Source: Candidatus Bathyarchaeota archaeon
Lineage (GTDB): Archaea > Thermoproteota > Bathyarchaeia > Hecatellales > Hecatellaceae
Reading direction: 5' to 3'
Length of the DNA: 64,000 nucleotides
NCBI GenBank assembly: GCA_052246995.1
Contig: JBQPWD010000004.1
Location: 137,985 to 201,984 of the forward strand
Every line of letters starts with the position of its first letter. Positions within the stretch are counted from its first letter, which is position 1. The notes below the pieces were generated by a model, which worked only from the letters and a program-made list of their open reading frames with translations, searched no databases and was not told the DNA's origin. Below are positions 28,073 through 37,828 of the stretch, in pieces. A program made the position numbers and the translations under genes.

Positions 28073-28959
28073 CCTATAAAACTTAAAACTTCATAAACTT
28101 TCTTATACGCATCCTTAAATTTTGAATCTTTTAAAACGTAACTTTTAGATTTATTGAAGATTTTAAGAAAAGCTTTTTCATCACCTTTTAAAAGAATGTT
28201 TTTAAATTTTTCAATGTTTTCTGCCAGCATCTTAACTATAGCTAGGGAAAACTTATTATTAAGCTGGATAGATGCGTACAAACTTGGATCCTCAGCTAAA
28301 ACTGCTTCAGCAAGAGTTAATTGAAGGTTAAAGGTTGTTCCACCGAACACTTTAACTCTATTTATGTTAATATTTGAAGAGACCAGCGTTCTAGCAAAAA
28401 GAATGTTTAAGACATGTGGTAGGCTTAAAGTGTAAGCCATAAGCCTATCATGAGTTTCAGCATTTTTAACAAAGACAATGTTCGCACCTTCCTCGTGGAA
28501 GGGTTTTAAAATAAAGTTTAGAACATCTCTCCGCCTGGTAACAGGAATTACCAAAATATTTTTTCCTTGAAGGTTGTTAGCACCAGGGCCAAACATTGGA
28601 TGAAGACTTAAAGTGTGCATACCAAGTTTTTGGGCTTTTTTAAGCATAGGTAAAACTTCCTGTTTAACCGACGCCACATCAAAAATTATTGTCCCCCTTT
28701 TCACGTAGTTTACAACTTCCTCAATAATTGTTGGTGTAGCTTTTATTGGAACTGAAACCATAACAACGTCAGCAAAACTTCTAACAGTATTTAGGGATGA
28801 GGTAAAATTTACATCAAGCTCTTCTGCAACTTTCATAGTTTTCTCTTTACTTCTTCCGAAAATTGTAACGTTAAAACCTTTATTCTTAAAAAATTTGGCA
28901 AACCATTTACCCATCTTACCTGTACCACCAACAATCAAAATTTTTTTATTAAATTCCAC
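28069..28959 (-). CDS. tyrA: prephenate/arogenate dehydrogenase
   Basis: GGTGKMG Rossmann motif, 'DVASVK', 'HPMFGP', 'HDRLMA...LPH'. Confidence 0.93.
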   Translation of the reverse strand: MEFNKKILIVGGTGKMGKWFAKFFKNKGFNVTIFGRSKEKTMKVAEELDVNFTSSLNTVRSFADVVMVSVPIKATPTIIEEVVNYVKRGTIIFDVASVKQEVLPMLKKAQKLGMHTLSLHPMFGPGANNLQGKNILVIPVTRRRDVLNFILKPFHEEGANIVFVKNAETHDRLMAYTLSLPHVLNILFARTLVSSNININRVKVFGGTTFNLQLTLAEAVLAEDPSLYASIQLNNKFSLAIVKMLAENIEKFKNILLKGDEKAFLKIFNKSKSYVLKDSKFKDAYKKVYEVLSFIG

Positions 28960-29257
28960 CTAAATCACCTATTTTTCTTTCCAAATCTCATAAACTAAAA
29001 GTTTTAAATTTTTTCTGTAAAATCGTTAACAGCATGAAGGTTTAACTTTAAACTTGTTATACTATCAACAACTAGAAAAACGCTATGTTGTAAACGCACT
29101 TAAAATTAAAGTTAAATTTATCGACAAGTAATTTTTAATTTCATTGTAAATTTGGGCAACTACACAAACTCTTTTACTGCTCTCATAAATCTTATCCTTC
29201 AACCCTTAACCCAGGAAATAAAAAAATAAAAATAATAAAAATCTGAACTTAACAGGT

Positions 29258-30460
29258 CTAGAAGTATTTTGCTATTTCTCTTCCAAACATTATACGTGTA
29301 ATGGCGTTTTTTTGTATTTCTTTTGTTCCTTCAACAAGCTCAAGCATTTTTGCAAACTTGTACCATCTTGAGGTGTCTTCTTCTGAGAAGTATCCTAACC
29401 CCCCTAGGACGTCTACTGCTAGGTCGCATGCTTCAACAGCCAGTCTTCCACAGTACCATTTACACATGGATGCTATTTTTACAGACTCCTCCATGAGTGC
29501 AGGTTCTTTTCTTGCTTTTTCTGTAAGCCATGCCCCTTTAAAGCATAGTGCTTTGGCTGCTTCAACCTTTGTTGCCATTTCTACCATTCTAAAAGTTAAA
29601 CCTTGAAATGCTGCAATCTTTCTTCCAAAAGCCTCCCTTTCCTTGGAGTATGTTATTGCACGTTCAAGTGCAGCCTCAGCAGTCGCTATAGCTTGTATTG
29701 CAACTGCAAGCCTTGTTGCGTCGAGAAACATTAAACCCAGGTAGAATCCTCTGTTAAGGTTTACAGGTCCACCAACAATTTCGTTGTCTGTTACACGAAC
29801 ATCGCTAAATGAAACTTCACCTGTTGGTGAAACATGCCATCCAAGCTTTCCTGTAAGGGGTGTTGTATCAACACCTGGACCCCTTTCTATGATAAACTCT
29901 GTCTGACCACGGTATGGTGGTTGGGCAGCCATGTTTGTTTGCACCAATGTTACAAAAATTGTTGCTGTTGTTGCATTTGTTATAAAAGTTTTTGTTCCGT
30001 TAATAATCCAGTATTCACCCTGTTTAACAGCTTTAGTATCTAAAACCCTTGCAATGTCACTTCCACCAGCAGGCTCCGTAAAACATCCTGCAGAGGTAAT
30101 TTCACCCTTAGCAAGCCTAGGAAGCCACTTAGCCTTCTGCTCATGAGTACCAAAGGAGGCAATAATGTCAGAACCAAAAGTTCCAGCCATGATTGCTGAC
30201 GCAATAACAGGTTCAACCTTTACAAGTTCGTATGCAACTATCATACTATCCACAAAGCTTAAACCTTGCCCACCATACTCCTCAGGCCAGGTCATACCCA
30301 CATAACCCTGCTGAGCACACTTTCTGTACAAATCCCATGGAAACTCACCCTTCTGCTCATACTCAACAGCCTTCTCCTTAGTAAACTCCTTCAAAGCAAA
30401 CTCACGAGCAGAAACCTGAAGAAGCTTCTGCTCCTCACTCAACTCAAAATCCAAAGGCAA
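29258..30460 (-). CDS. acyl-CoA dehydrogenase
   Basis: 'PEEYGGQG', 'FTEPAGGSD', 'INGTKTFITN', 'REAFGRKI', 'EGTKEIQK'; start moved to TTG after GGTGA SD. Confidence 0.93.
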   Translation of the reverse strand: MPLDFELSEEQKLLQVSAREFALKEFTKEKAVEYEQKGEFPWDLYRKCAQQGYVGMTWPEEYGGQGLSFVDSMIVAYELVKVEPVIASAIMAGTFGSDIIASFGTHEQKAKWLPRLAKGEITSAGCFTEPAGGSDIARVLDTKAVKQGEYWIINGTKTFITNATTATIFVTLVQTNMAAQPPYRGQTEFIIERGPGVDTTPLTGKLGWHVSPTGEVSFSDVRVTDNEIVGGPVNLNRGFYLGLMFLDATRLAVAIQAIATAEAALERAITYSKEREAFGRKIAAFQGLTFRMVEMATKVEAAKALCFKGAWLTEKARKEPALMEESVKIASMCKWYCGRLAVEACDLAVDVLGGLGYFSEEDTSRWYKFAKMLELVEGTKEIQKNAITRIMFGREIAKYF

Positions 30461-30742
30461 AATCTCACCTACCAAATAAATAAATCCAGAAAAGTGGTAT
30501 TTATAAATTCCTATGCGAAATTGAGGTGTTAATTTTTTGGTCATTTTGACGTTATTCTATTTTACTTTACACATGACAATCGTTCCAGAACATGTAAAGG
30601 CTTGCCAAGAAACCGTTAGGCCATTATACTATTTTACAGACAAGTTGAAGACTGTCGTATATACCTAAAAGTTTGGCAAGGTCTAAAAGTAGTTTTGGAT
30701 TTTTATTTGTATGTCAATGATAAAATGGTGCCATAAACGTTA

Positions 30743-30833
30743 TGGCGGGCCCGACGGGAATTGAACCCGCGACCCCCGGGTTTCTTTGCTTTCTTAAAAG
30801 CCCGGTGCTCTATCCTGGCTGAGCTACGGGCCC
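30743..30833 (-). tRNA. tRNA-Lys(UUU) with 13-nt intron at 37/38 (30782-30794) and encoded CCA
   Basis: GGGCCCG TA GCTC AGCCAGGATA GAGC A CCGGG CT TTT A [AGAAAGCAAAGAA] A CCCGG GGGTC GCGGG TTCAATT CCCGT CGGGCCC G CCA; all stems pair. Confidence 0.95.
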
Positions 30834-30884
30834 ACCGGTGCATTTTGACGTTAATCTATTTCTATGGAATTTTAAAAGGTTTAG

Positions 30885-31760
30885 TTAAAGTTTTCCTTCT
30901 ATTTTTTTCTGTAGGTTGGAGGCTTCTAGTGAAGCTTTAGCTATTAGTAGTGGTAACACTTCCTTCTCAAAGAGAGATGCATTAATTGCAAGGTTTTTTG
31001 CTTCGAGTAATGCTTTTCCTAGCAGGAGTGGCAACGTTTCACGTGTTGGGTAGCCTATGTTGAGTGAAAGGTTGTAGGCTTTAGTTGCCGCATCTTTAAG
31101 TTCATTAAACCATTCTTCAACAGTTTTGCTTAAAATGTCTGCAGTATATATAACACCATTTTCATATGCAACATCCAGTTTTAAGCATGCTTCAACAGGC
31201 TTTATTCCAAGTCTAGAGAGGATGCTTGCAGCTTTATCCGAGATAACTTCACCCTTTCTTACAACAACAGTATCTTTGGTAATCCATATGCTTCCAGCTT
31301 CAATTTTTGTTGGAATTTTTAAACTGCTAAATTCGCTTATTATTGGACCTGGAGGAATACCAGTGTTTCCCTCGTTTACAATTATATCTTTAGGCGCAAC
31401 CTCCCCAGCCTTAGCCGTAAGATTAACTTTAGATTTTTCAAGCATGATGGAAAGCTTGGATGGGTTTAGGTTTGTAAGAACAAGCATGACTGAACCTTTT
31501 AAATACTCTTCAAGCTTCTCTATTCCTACTCTTTTTTCTGCAAGCCTCTTTAAAGCAAGTTTTACAAGGTTTTTTCTTGCAACTCTAAAGGTAACTTGAC
31601 CTCTAGACCTTCTTCTAAGCTCATTAACTAAGAATGACTGAACTTTGTACATTCTTGCTAAACCTATAACACTATATTTCTCCATAAGTTTTGTGAGTTC
31701 TTCAACCTCCCTTTTTTTCCACTCTGGAACCTTAACCTTTTTTTCAAGCTGTAAACTCAT
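30885..31760 (-). CDS. rpl10: 50S ribosomal protein L10/P0
   Basis: 'VPEWKKREV', 'AKAGEVAP..GNTGIPPGP', 'LSRLGIKP'. Confidence 0.96.
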   Translation of the reverse strand: MSLQLEKKVKVPEWKKREVEELTKLMEKYSVIGLARMYKVQSFLVNELRRRSRGQVTFRVARKNLVKLALKRLAEKRVGIEKLEEYLKGSVMLVLTNLNPSKLSIMLEKSKVNLTAKAGEVAPKDIIVNEGNTGIPPGPIISEFSSLKIPTKIEAGSIWITKDTVVVRKGEVISDKAASILSRLGIKPVEACLKLDVAYENGVIYTADILSKTVEEWFNELKDAATKAYNLSLNIGYPTRETLPLLLGKALLEAKNLAINASLFEKEVLPLLIAKASLEASNLQKKIEGKL

Positions 31761-32422
31761 CTTCCCTTTCCAACCTCAATTTTTACAGGTTTTCCCATGG
31801 TTGTTTTAACAATGAGGCTTGAAACATACTTACTGAGGGAGCCAAATTTCTCCTCAATCCTTCTTAAAATTGTTAGAATGTTTTCAGCAATCTTTTCACT
31901 ACCCATATTTTCAACGCCAACCCTACACTGGATAGTTGGCTGGTCTTTAACTCTTATTCTTACAAGCTTTTTATGTCTATCTAAGACTTCACTTAAAGAT
32001 GCGCTGGGTGAAACTGGGGTGGGCATTTTACCTCTAGGTCCAAGCATAGAACCCAAAGTTTTACCAACAAGAGGCATTAAAGGTGCTTCTGCTATAAAAA
32101 AGTCGTAGCTTTGGGCAAGCTTTCTAGCCATTTTCTTGTTTTTAGTTAAAGCTTCCAGCTCTTCACGCTCAACAACCCTATCCACGTTCAGTTTTTTTGC
32201 TTCTAAAGCAAATTGTCCTGAACCTATTACGCAAACTTTAACATCCTTGCTAACAGGATTTGGAAGCTCAACAAGCTCAAGCATCCTATGTTCAGGCTTT
32301 TTAGGGTCAATATCTTTAAGGTTAACTATTAAATCTACGGATTGAGTAAAATTTGCTTTCTTACCGGCATTCTTAGCTTTTTCAACGCACTCAATAAGTC
32401 TTTTAAGGTCTACGGAAGACAA
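31757..32422 (-). CDS. rpl1: 50S ribosomal protein L1
   Basis: 'NFTQSVDL', 'LGPRGKMP', 'KTTMG'. Confidence 0.97.
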   Translation of the reverse strand: MSSVDLKRLIECVEKAKNAGKKANFTQSVDLIVNLKDIDPKKPEHRMLELVELPNPVSKDVKVCVIGSGQFALEAKKLNVDRVVEREELEALTKNKKMARKLAQSYDFFIAEAPLMPLVGKTLGSMLGPRGKMPTPVSPSASLSEVLDRHKKLVRIRVKDQPTIQCRVGVENMGSEKIAENILTILRRIEEKFGSLSKYVSSLIVKTTMGKPVKIEVGKGR

Positions 32423-32596
32423 GGTAAACCCATCCTACCCCAGTAAGCTTAAACGTAAAAGTAACAGTAAATAAGATATATAAAAAAGTTTATGGAAAAA
32501 TTAAAACTTTTTTCATAGTTCTGCCTTTAAACTTATCTTATAGTGTTACCTATAATATTAATATTCCCAATAAACTACCTATATAAGGGTTCTCTT

Positions 32597-32956
32597 ATGG
32601 TTAAGATTGACAATTTAAGTTTTGGCTCTATTGTTATCGACGGCAAAAAGTACAAGCATGATGTTATAATCTATCCTAACGGGGTAGTTAAACGTAGAAA
32701 GGGAGGTTTTCTCCTGTTTGGAAGACATACCATTAAGATTGATGGAATTGAAGAACTTTACAACAGCAACCCTGAAATTCTCATTGTGGGTACAGGTACA
32801 AGCGGTAAAGCTAAACTTTCTGAGGAAAGTAGTAATTTTCTTAAGAACAAAGGTTTAGAGGTTTTTACAGCCTCATCCTATGAAGCTGTAAAAAAGTTTA
32901 ATGAGTTAACAGGTCTAGGTAAGAAGGTTGGAGCAATCTTTCATGTAACATGTTAA
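32597..32956 (+). CDS. Mth938-like (DUF498) protein
   Basis: 'FGSIVIDGKKY.HDVII', 'IVGTG', C-terminal 'HVTC'; start at ATG 32597. Confidence 0.85.
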   Translation: MVKIDNLSFGSIVIDGKKYKHDVIIYPNGVVKRRKGGFLLFGRHTIKIDGIEELYNSNPEILIVGTGTSGKAKLSEESSNFLKNKGLEVFTASSYEAVKKFNELTGLGKKVGAIFHVTC

Positions 32957-32971
32957 CGGTGTAGTTAAACA

Positions 32972-34390
32972 TTGAGCAGTAGCAGTTTAAACGTATTTTT
33001 TTATCCTAGAAATGTTGCTGTTGTTGGGGCTTCAAACAATCCTTTAAAATTTGGTTACCAGGTGGTAAAAAATCTCTTAGATTTGAGGTTTGAAGGAAAA
33101 ATTTATCCTGTAAACCCGAGATATGACAACATCCAAGGGTTAAAAGCTTATAAATCCATCTTAGAAATTCCAGAGGATAGTATTGATGTTGCAACAATAA
33201 TTGTACCAAACGTAGCCGTACCTGACATTATGGTTGACTGTGCTAAGAAGGGTGTAAAAGGAGTTGTCGTTACAAGTTCAGGATTTAAAGAAACAGGCTT
33301 TGAGGGTAAAAAGCTTGAAGATGAAATTATCAAAATCGCTAGAGAAGCTGGAATGAGGGTTGTTGGACCAAACACAACAGGCACACTTAACATGTCAAAT
33401 GGTTTTACAACAACATTCACTGTTGTACCTGAAAGAAAGGTGGGACCCTTATCCTTTATTGCTCAAACAGGGTTATTTGCAGGAGTAACCTTAAACTGGT
33501 TTTTAACATCCCAAAAATACGGCTTAGCCAAAGTTTTTGGTTTAGGAAACATGTGTGACGTTAATGAAACTGAAGCATTAGAATACCTAGCTCAAGATCC
33601 TGAAACAAAAATTATAGCACTCTATCTTGAAGGTCTGGGCGGGGAGAAAAGGTTTTTTGATGTCGCAAAAAAAGTTTCAAGAAAAAAGCCTATAATAGTT
33701 TTAAAGTCAGGCAGAACACAAATAGGTGCAGAAGCAGCCAAATCTCATACAGGTTCACTAGCTGTAAGAGATGATATTTTTGATTGTGCATGTAGACAAG
33801 CAGGAATTATACGGGTAGATGATTTTGAAGAAATGTTTGACGTTATAAAAATGCTTGTGTTTCAACCTTTACCTGAAAAGTTAAATGTTGGAGTTGTAAG
33901 CATGACTGGAGCTGGAGGAGTATTAGCTATTGATTCATGTACTCGCTATGGTGTTAATGTTTCAAGATTTTCACAAAAAACAGTAGAGTATATTCAGTCA
34001 TTAATGCCTGAATGGGGAAGAGTTGGGGTTTTTATAGATGTAGAACCGTTAGTTGAAAAGCTTTTTGACAAAGGTTATAAGGTTGCTTTTGAATCGGCAA
34101 TAGATGACCAAAACATCACCTGTGTTCTACTTATTTTTCTAATTCTTCCGAATATAATGGTTACAGAGGATTTTGTTAAACAAATGGTTGAAAACATATT
34201 TGTTGAAGGTTTAAGAAGGAACCCAGGTAAAGCTGCTATACTACACACATTAGGAGAAAAAAAGGTACTAGAATTTATCAATGAATTTTTGGAGGAAAAA
34301 TTAAGACTTCCAACGTATCCAGGCATAGAGAGGTGTGTAAAAGTTTTAGCCAAGCTTAAAAACTATATTAGGTATTTAAAAACCTGTTAA
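32972..34390 (+). CDS. acdA: ADP-forming acyl-CoA synthetase alpha subunit
   Basis: CoA-binding 'VAVVGAS', 'VVGPNT', phospho-His motif 'AKSHTGSLA'. Confidence 0.88.
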   Translation: MSSSSLNVFFYPRNVAVVGASNNPLKFGYQVVKNLLDLRFEGKIYPVNPRYDNIQGLKAYKSILEIPEDSIDVATIIVPNVAVPDIMVDCAKKGVKGVVVTSSGFKETGFEGKKLEDEIIKIAREAGMRVVGPNTTGTLNMSNGFTTTFTVVPERKVGPLSFIAQTGLFAGVTLNWFLTSQKYGLAKVFGLGNMCDVNETEALEYLAQDPETKIIALYLEGLGGEKRFFDVAKKVSRKKPIIVLKSGRTQIGAEAAKSHTGSLAVRDDIFDCACRQAGIIRVDDFEEMFDVIKMLVFQPLPEKLNVGVVSMTGAGGVLAIDSCTRYGVNVSRFSQKTVEYIQSLMPEWGRVGVFIDVEPLVEKLFDKGYKVAFESAIDDQNITCVLLIFLILPNIMVTEDFVKQMVENIFVEGLRRNPGKAAILHTLGEKKVLEFINEFLEEKLRLPTYPGIERCVKVLAKLKNYIRYLKTC

Positions 34391-34406
34391 AATGCTTCTC
34401 CACTTT

Positions 34407-34434
34407 AAAACTGGTCTTTATCTCGACCAGTTTT
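34407..34434. terminator. hairpin between convergent acdA and pyrI
   Basis: AAAACTGGTC-N8-GACCAGTTTT 10-bp stem with T-runs on both strands. Confidence 0.5.
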
Positions 34435-34922
34435 TACCCCATGTAAAACTGCTTTATTATTTCATCTTTTTCAACCAAGACATTACAATAGTGGCAACGT
34501 AAAACTATCGGATCCTCGTTTTCCACGTAAAAAAGTTGTTTAACTGGTTCTTGACTGTTGGTTACGCATCTTTGATTTGGACATTTAATAATATCTTTAA
34601 CAATAGCTGGAAGTTTAACCTTTTCCTTTTTTATAACGTTAAAATCTCTAATAATGTTTATTGTTGCCTTTGGTGAGACTAAAGCTATCTCAGCAACCTC
34701 TTTAGGGCTGATTTCTCTTCCTTCAATTTTAACAATATCCTTCTTTCCAAGTTTTTTGCTTGGAACGTTCATTAGAATGCTTACAATAAAGCCTTCACGC
34801 CCTGAAATGTTAAGAATTCTTAAGACTGCTAAAGCTGTTCCGCTTGTAATATGGTCTATAACTGTACCTTCACGGATTTTTTCTACACGTAGTTGTCTTC
34901 CACTTTCAGGTTCTGTCATCAT
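34434..34922 (-). CDS. pyrI: aspartate carbamoyltransferase regulatory chain
   Basis: 'GTVIDHI', 'KKDIVKIE', Zn ligands CPNQRC...CHYC. Confidence 0.96.
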   Translation of the reverse strand: MMTEPESGRQLRVEKIREGTVIDHITSGTALAVLRILNISGREGFIVSILMNVPSKKLGKKDIVKIEGREISPKEVAEIALVSPKATINIIRDFNVIKKEKVKLPAIVKDIIKCPNQRCVTNSQEPVKQLFYVENEDPIVLRCHYCNVLVEKDEIIKQFYMG

Positions 34923-34971
34923 AAAAATATATTTAGTTTAACTAGATTTAACTGTAATGATGGTTAAGTAA

Positions 34972-35901
<930 letters not shown>

Positions 35902-36009
35902 AACAAGTTAAAGCAAGCATAAATAACTAGTTGTTGCACCATCGAATTTGTAACTAATTATGGGGTTAAATACAACCTCAATCCTCATTAACTTAACGAG
36001 GAATGTAAG

Positions 36010-36246
36010 TTGGAAAAAAGCCTTAAAAATAGGAAAACATGTTTAAAATGCAAATTTTACAGTATGATTGGAGATGATGAAAGAAATAGGTTATCACTAG
36101 ATTTATGCTTAAAAAAAGGACCCTTACCTGCAGCTTATACTTTTAGCGACTTATGCTGCGGTGGAAGTTCATGTATGTTTATCCTAACTCTTAAATGTTT
36201 GGAGGAAATTGCTGAGAAATGTGAGCATTACGAGGAAAAAGATTAA
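36010..36246 (+). CDS. small Cys-rich hypothetical protein
   Basis: 78 aa with CLKC...C...CCGGSSC...C...C; GAGG upstream; fills the gap after pyrB. Confidence 0.5.
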   Translation: MEKSLKNRKTCLKCKFYSMIGDDERNRLSLDLCLKKGPLPAAYTFSDLCCGGSSCMFILTLKCLEEIAEKCEHYEEKD

Positions 36247-36367
36247 AATAAAAGGTGTAATGCAAAAGTTGAAAGTTAAATATATAAGTGTGGTAAATGC
36301 TATGTATTCTTCAAAGCATATTCAAAAAAGTCAAGGAGAAAAAATAAACCAAGTGTGGTGGAGAAAA

Positions 36368-37810
36368 TTGGTTGATATTTTAGCTTATGGTGCATACATT
36401 CCACTTTGGAGAATTAGCAGAGATGAAATTGCTAGAGGAGCAGGAGTTGCGTCTGCTGGTGGTGAAAAAGCTGTTGCTTCATGGGATGAGGATAGCTTAT
36501 CAATGGCTGTTGAAGCAGGAGTTGACTGTCTAGGTGAACAGTTAAACCCTAAGGAAATTGATGCCTTGTTTTTTGCATCCACAACCTCACCATTTAGGGA
36601 AAAACATGCAGCCTCAATAATAGCTTCAGCATTAGACCTTAGAAGGGATGTAACAACTATAGATTTTGCGGATACGACAAAAGCTGGCACTACAGCAATA
36701 AAAGCTGCAGTTGACGCTGTTAAAGCTGGTTCAGCAAAAAAGGTTTTAGTTATAGCTGGAGAATGTATGGTTTTAACCCCGTCAACAGATTTTGAACAAA
36801 TTTGTGGTGATGCTGCAGCGGCAATCTTAGTTGGTGAGGGGGAAGGTATAGCTAAGATAGGTGACTTTGTATCTACAGTAGAACCTATACCTGGACCTTG
36901 GAGGCGAAGTACAGATTTACTTCCACAAAGATTTGAGGCTAAACTTGATTTAAGATACGGTTTTATCAACTCAACCGTTAACACCATTCAAAACCTTCTT
37001 AAAAAGACTAACCTCTCAATCAAAGATTTCTCTAAGCTTGCTTTTAACGCTCCAGACCCTAGAGGCTATTTTGACGTCTTAAGAGGTATAGGAGCAGATA
37101 TTAAGCAAATTCAAGATCCTCTATTTACAAATGTGGGGATAACTGGCGCAGCACATCCCCTACTTTTGCTTGTTGCCGCCTTAGAAAATGCAAAAGCTGA
37201 CGAAAAAATTTTATGTGCAGGTTATGGAGATGGTTGTGACGCTTTTTATGTTGAAACAAGAAAAAAGGTTGAAGAGTTTAAGGGTAGTAGAAGAGCAACA
37301 ACTGTTTACGTAAAATCTAAGCGTATGCTTACAACCTACGAGGAGTACTTAGATTTTAGAAAACTCCGTGAAAGAGCACAACCAGAATATCATAGAGCCT
37401 CAATTGTAAAGTATTGGAGGGATGAAAAGGCTCTTCTTCCATTTTATGGTATGAAGTGTAAGAACTGTGGTTCTGTAACCTATCCTATAAGCAGATGTTG
37501 TATTGTATGTGGTGCAAGGGATAACTATGAAGAAGTTAAAATTGCAAAACGTGGAAAAATTTACACCTTTACTTTTGACTACCTATGTGGCCCTGGAAAT
37601 GCTGTTGGAGAGTATGCTGCGCTTAACCCCGCAATAAGAGTTGTTGCGGATATGGAGGATGGTTGTAGACTTTTCCTTGAACTTACAGACTGTAAACCTT
37701 CGCCCGAAGAAATATATATAGACATGCCTGTAGAATTAACATTTAGGTTGATGAGTGAGAAAACAAACTTTAGGTTTTATAGTTGGAGGGGGCGACCCGT
37801 AAGAGGTTAA
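36368..37810 (+). CDS. HMG-CoA synthase/KAS-III-like domain (catalytically degenerate) fused to DUF35 Zn-ribbon/OB fold
   Basis: 'AYGAYIP.WRI', 'DEDSLSMAVEA', 'GDAAAA'; C-terminal CKNCG..YP...CIVC + OB fold; start at TTG 36368. Confidence 0.85.
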   Translation: MVDILAYGAYIPLWRISRDEIARGAGVASAGGEKAVASWDEDSLSMAVEAGVDCLGEQLNPKEIDALFFASTTSPFREKHAASIIASALDLRRDVTTIDFADTTKAGTTAIKAAVDAVKAGSAKKVLVIAGECMVLTPSTDFEQICGDAAAAILVGEGEGIAKIGDFVSTVEPIPGPWRRSTDLLPQRFEAKLDLRYGFINSTVNTIQNLLKKTNLSIKDFSKLAFNAPDPRGYFDVLRGIGADIKQIQDPLFTNVGITGAAHPLLLLVAALENAKADEKILCAGYGDGCDAFYVETRKKVEEFKGSRRATTVYVKSKRMLTTYEEYLDFRKLRERAQPEYHRASIVKYWRDEKALLPFYGMKCKNCGSVTYPISRCCIVCGARDNYEEVKIAKRGKIYTFTFDYLCGPGNAVGEYAALNPAIRVVADMEDGCRLFLELTDCKPSPEEIYIDMPVELTFRLMSEKTNFRFYSWRGRPVRG

Positions 37811-37828
37811 GTGTGGAGGTGGAAAGGT

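Noticed and set aside
36209-36367. Long N-terminal extension of the HMGCS-like ORF
   Set aside because: It overlaps the upstream ORF and promoter-like DNA; homology begins at TTG 36368 after a GGTGGAG SD.
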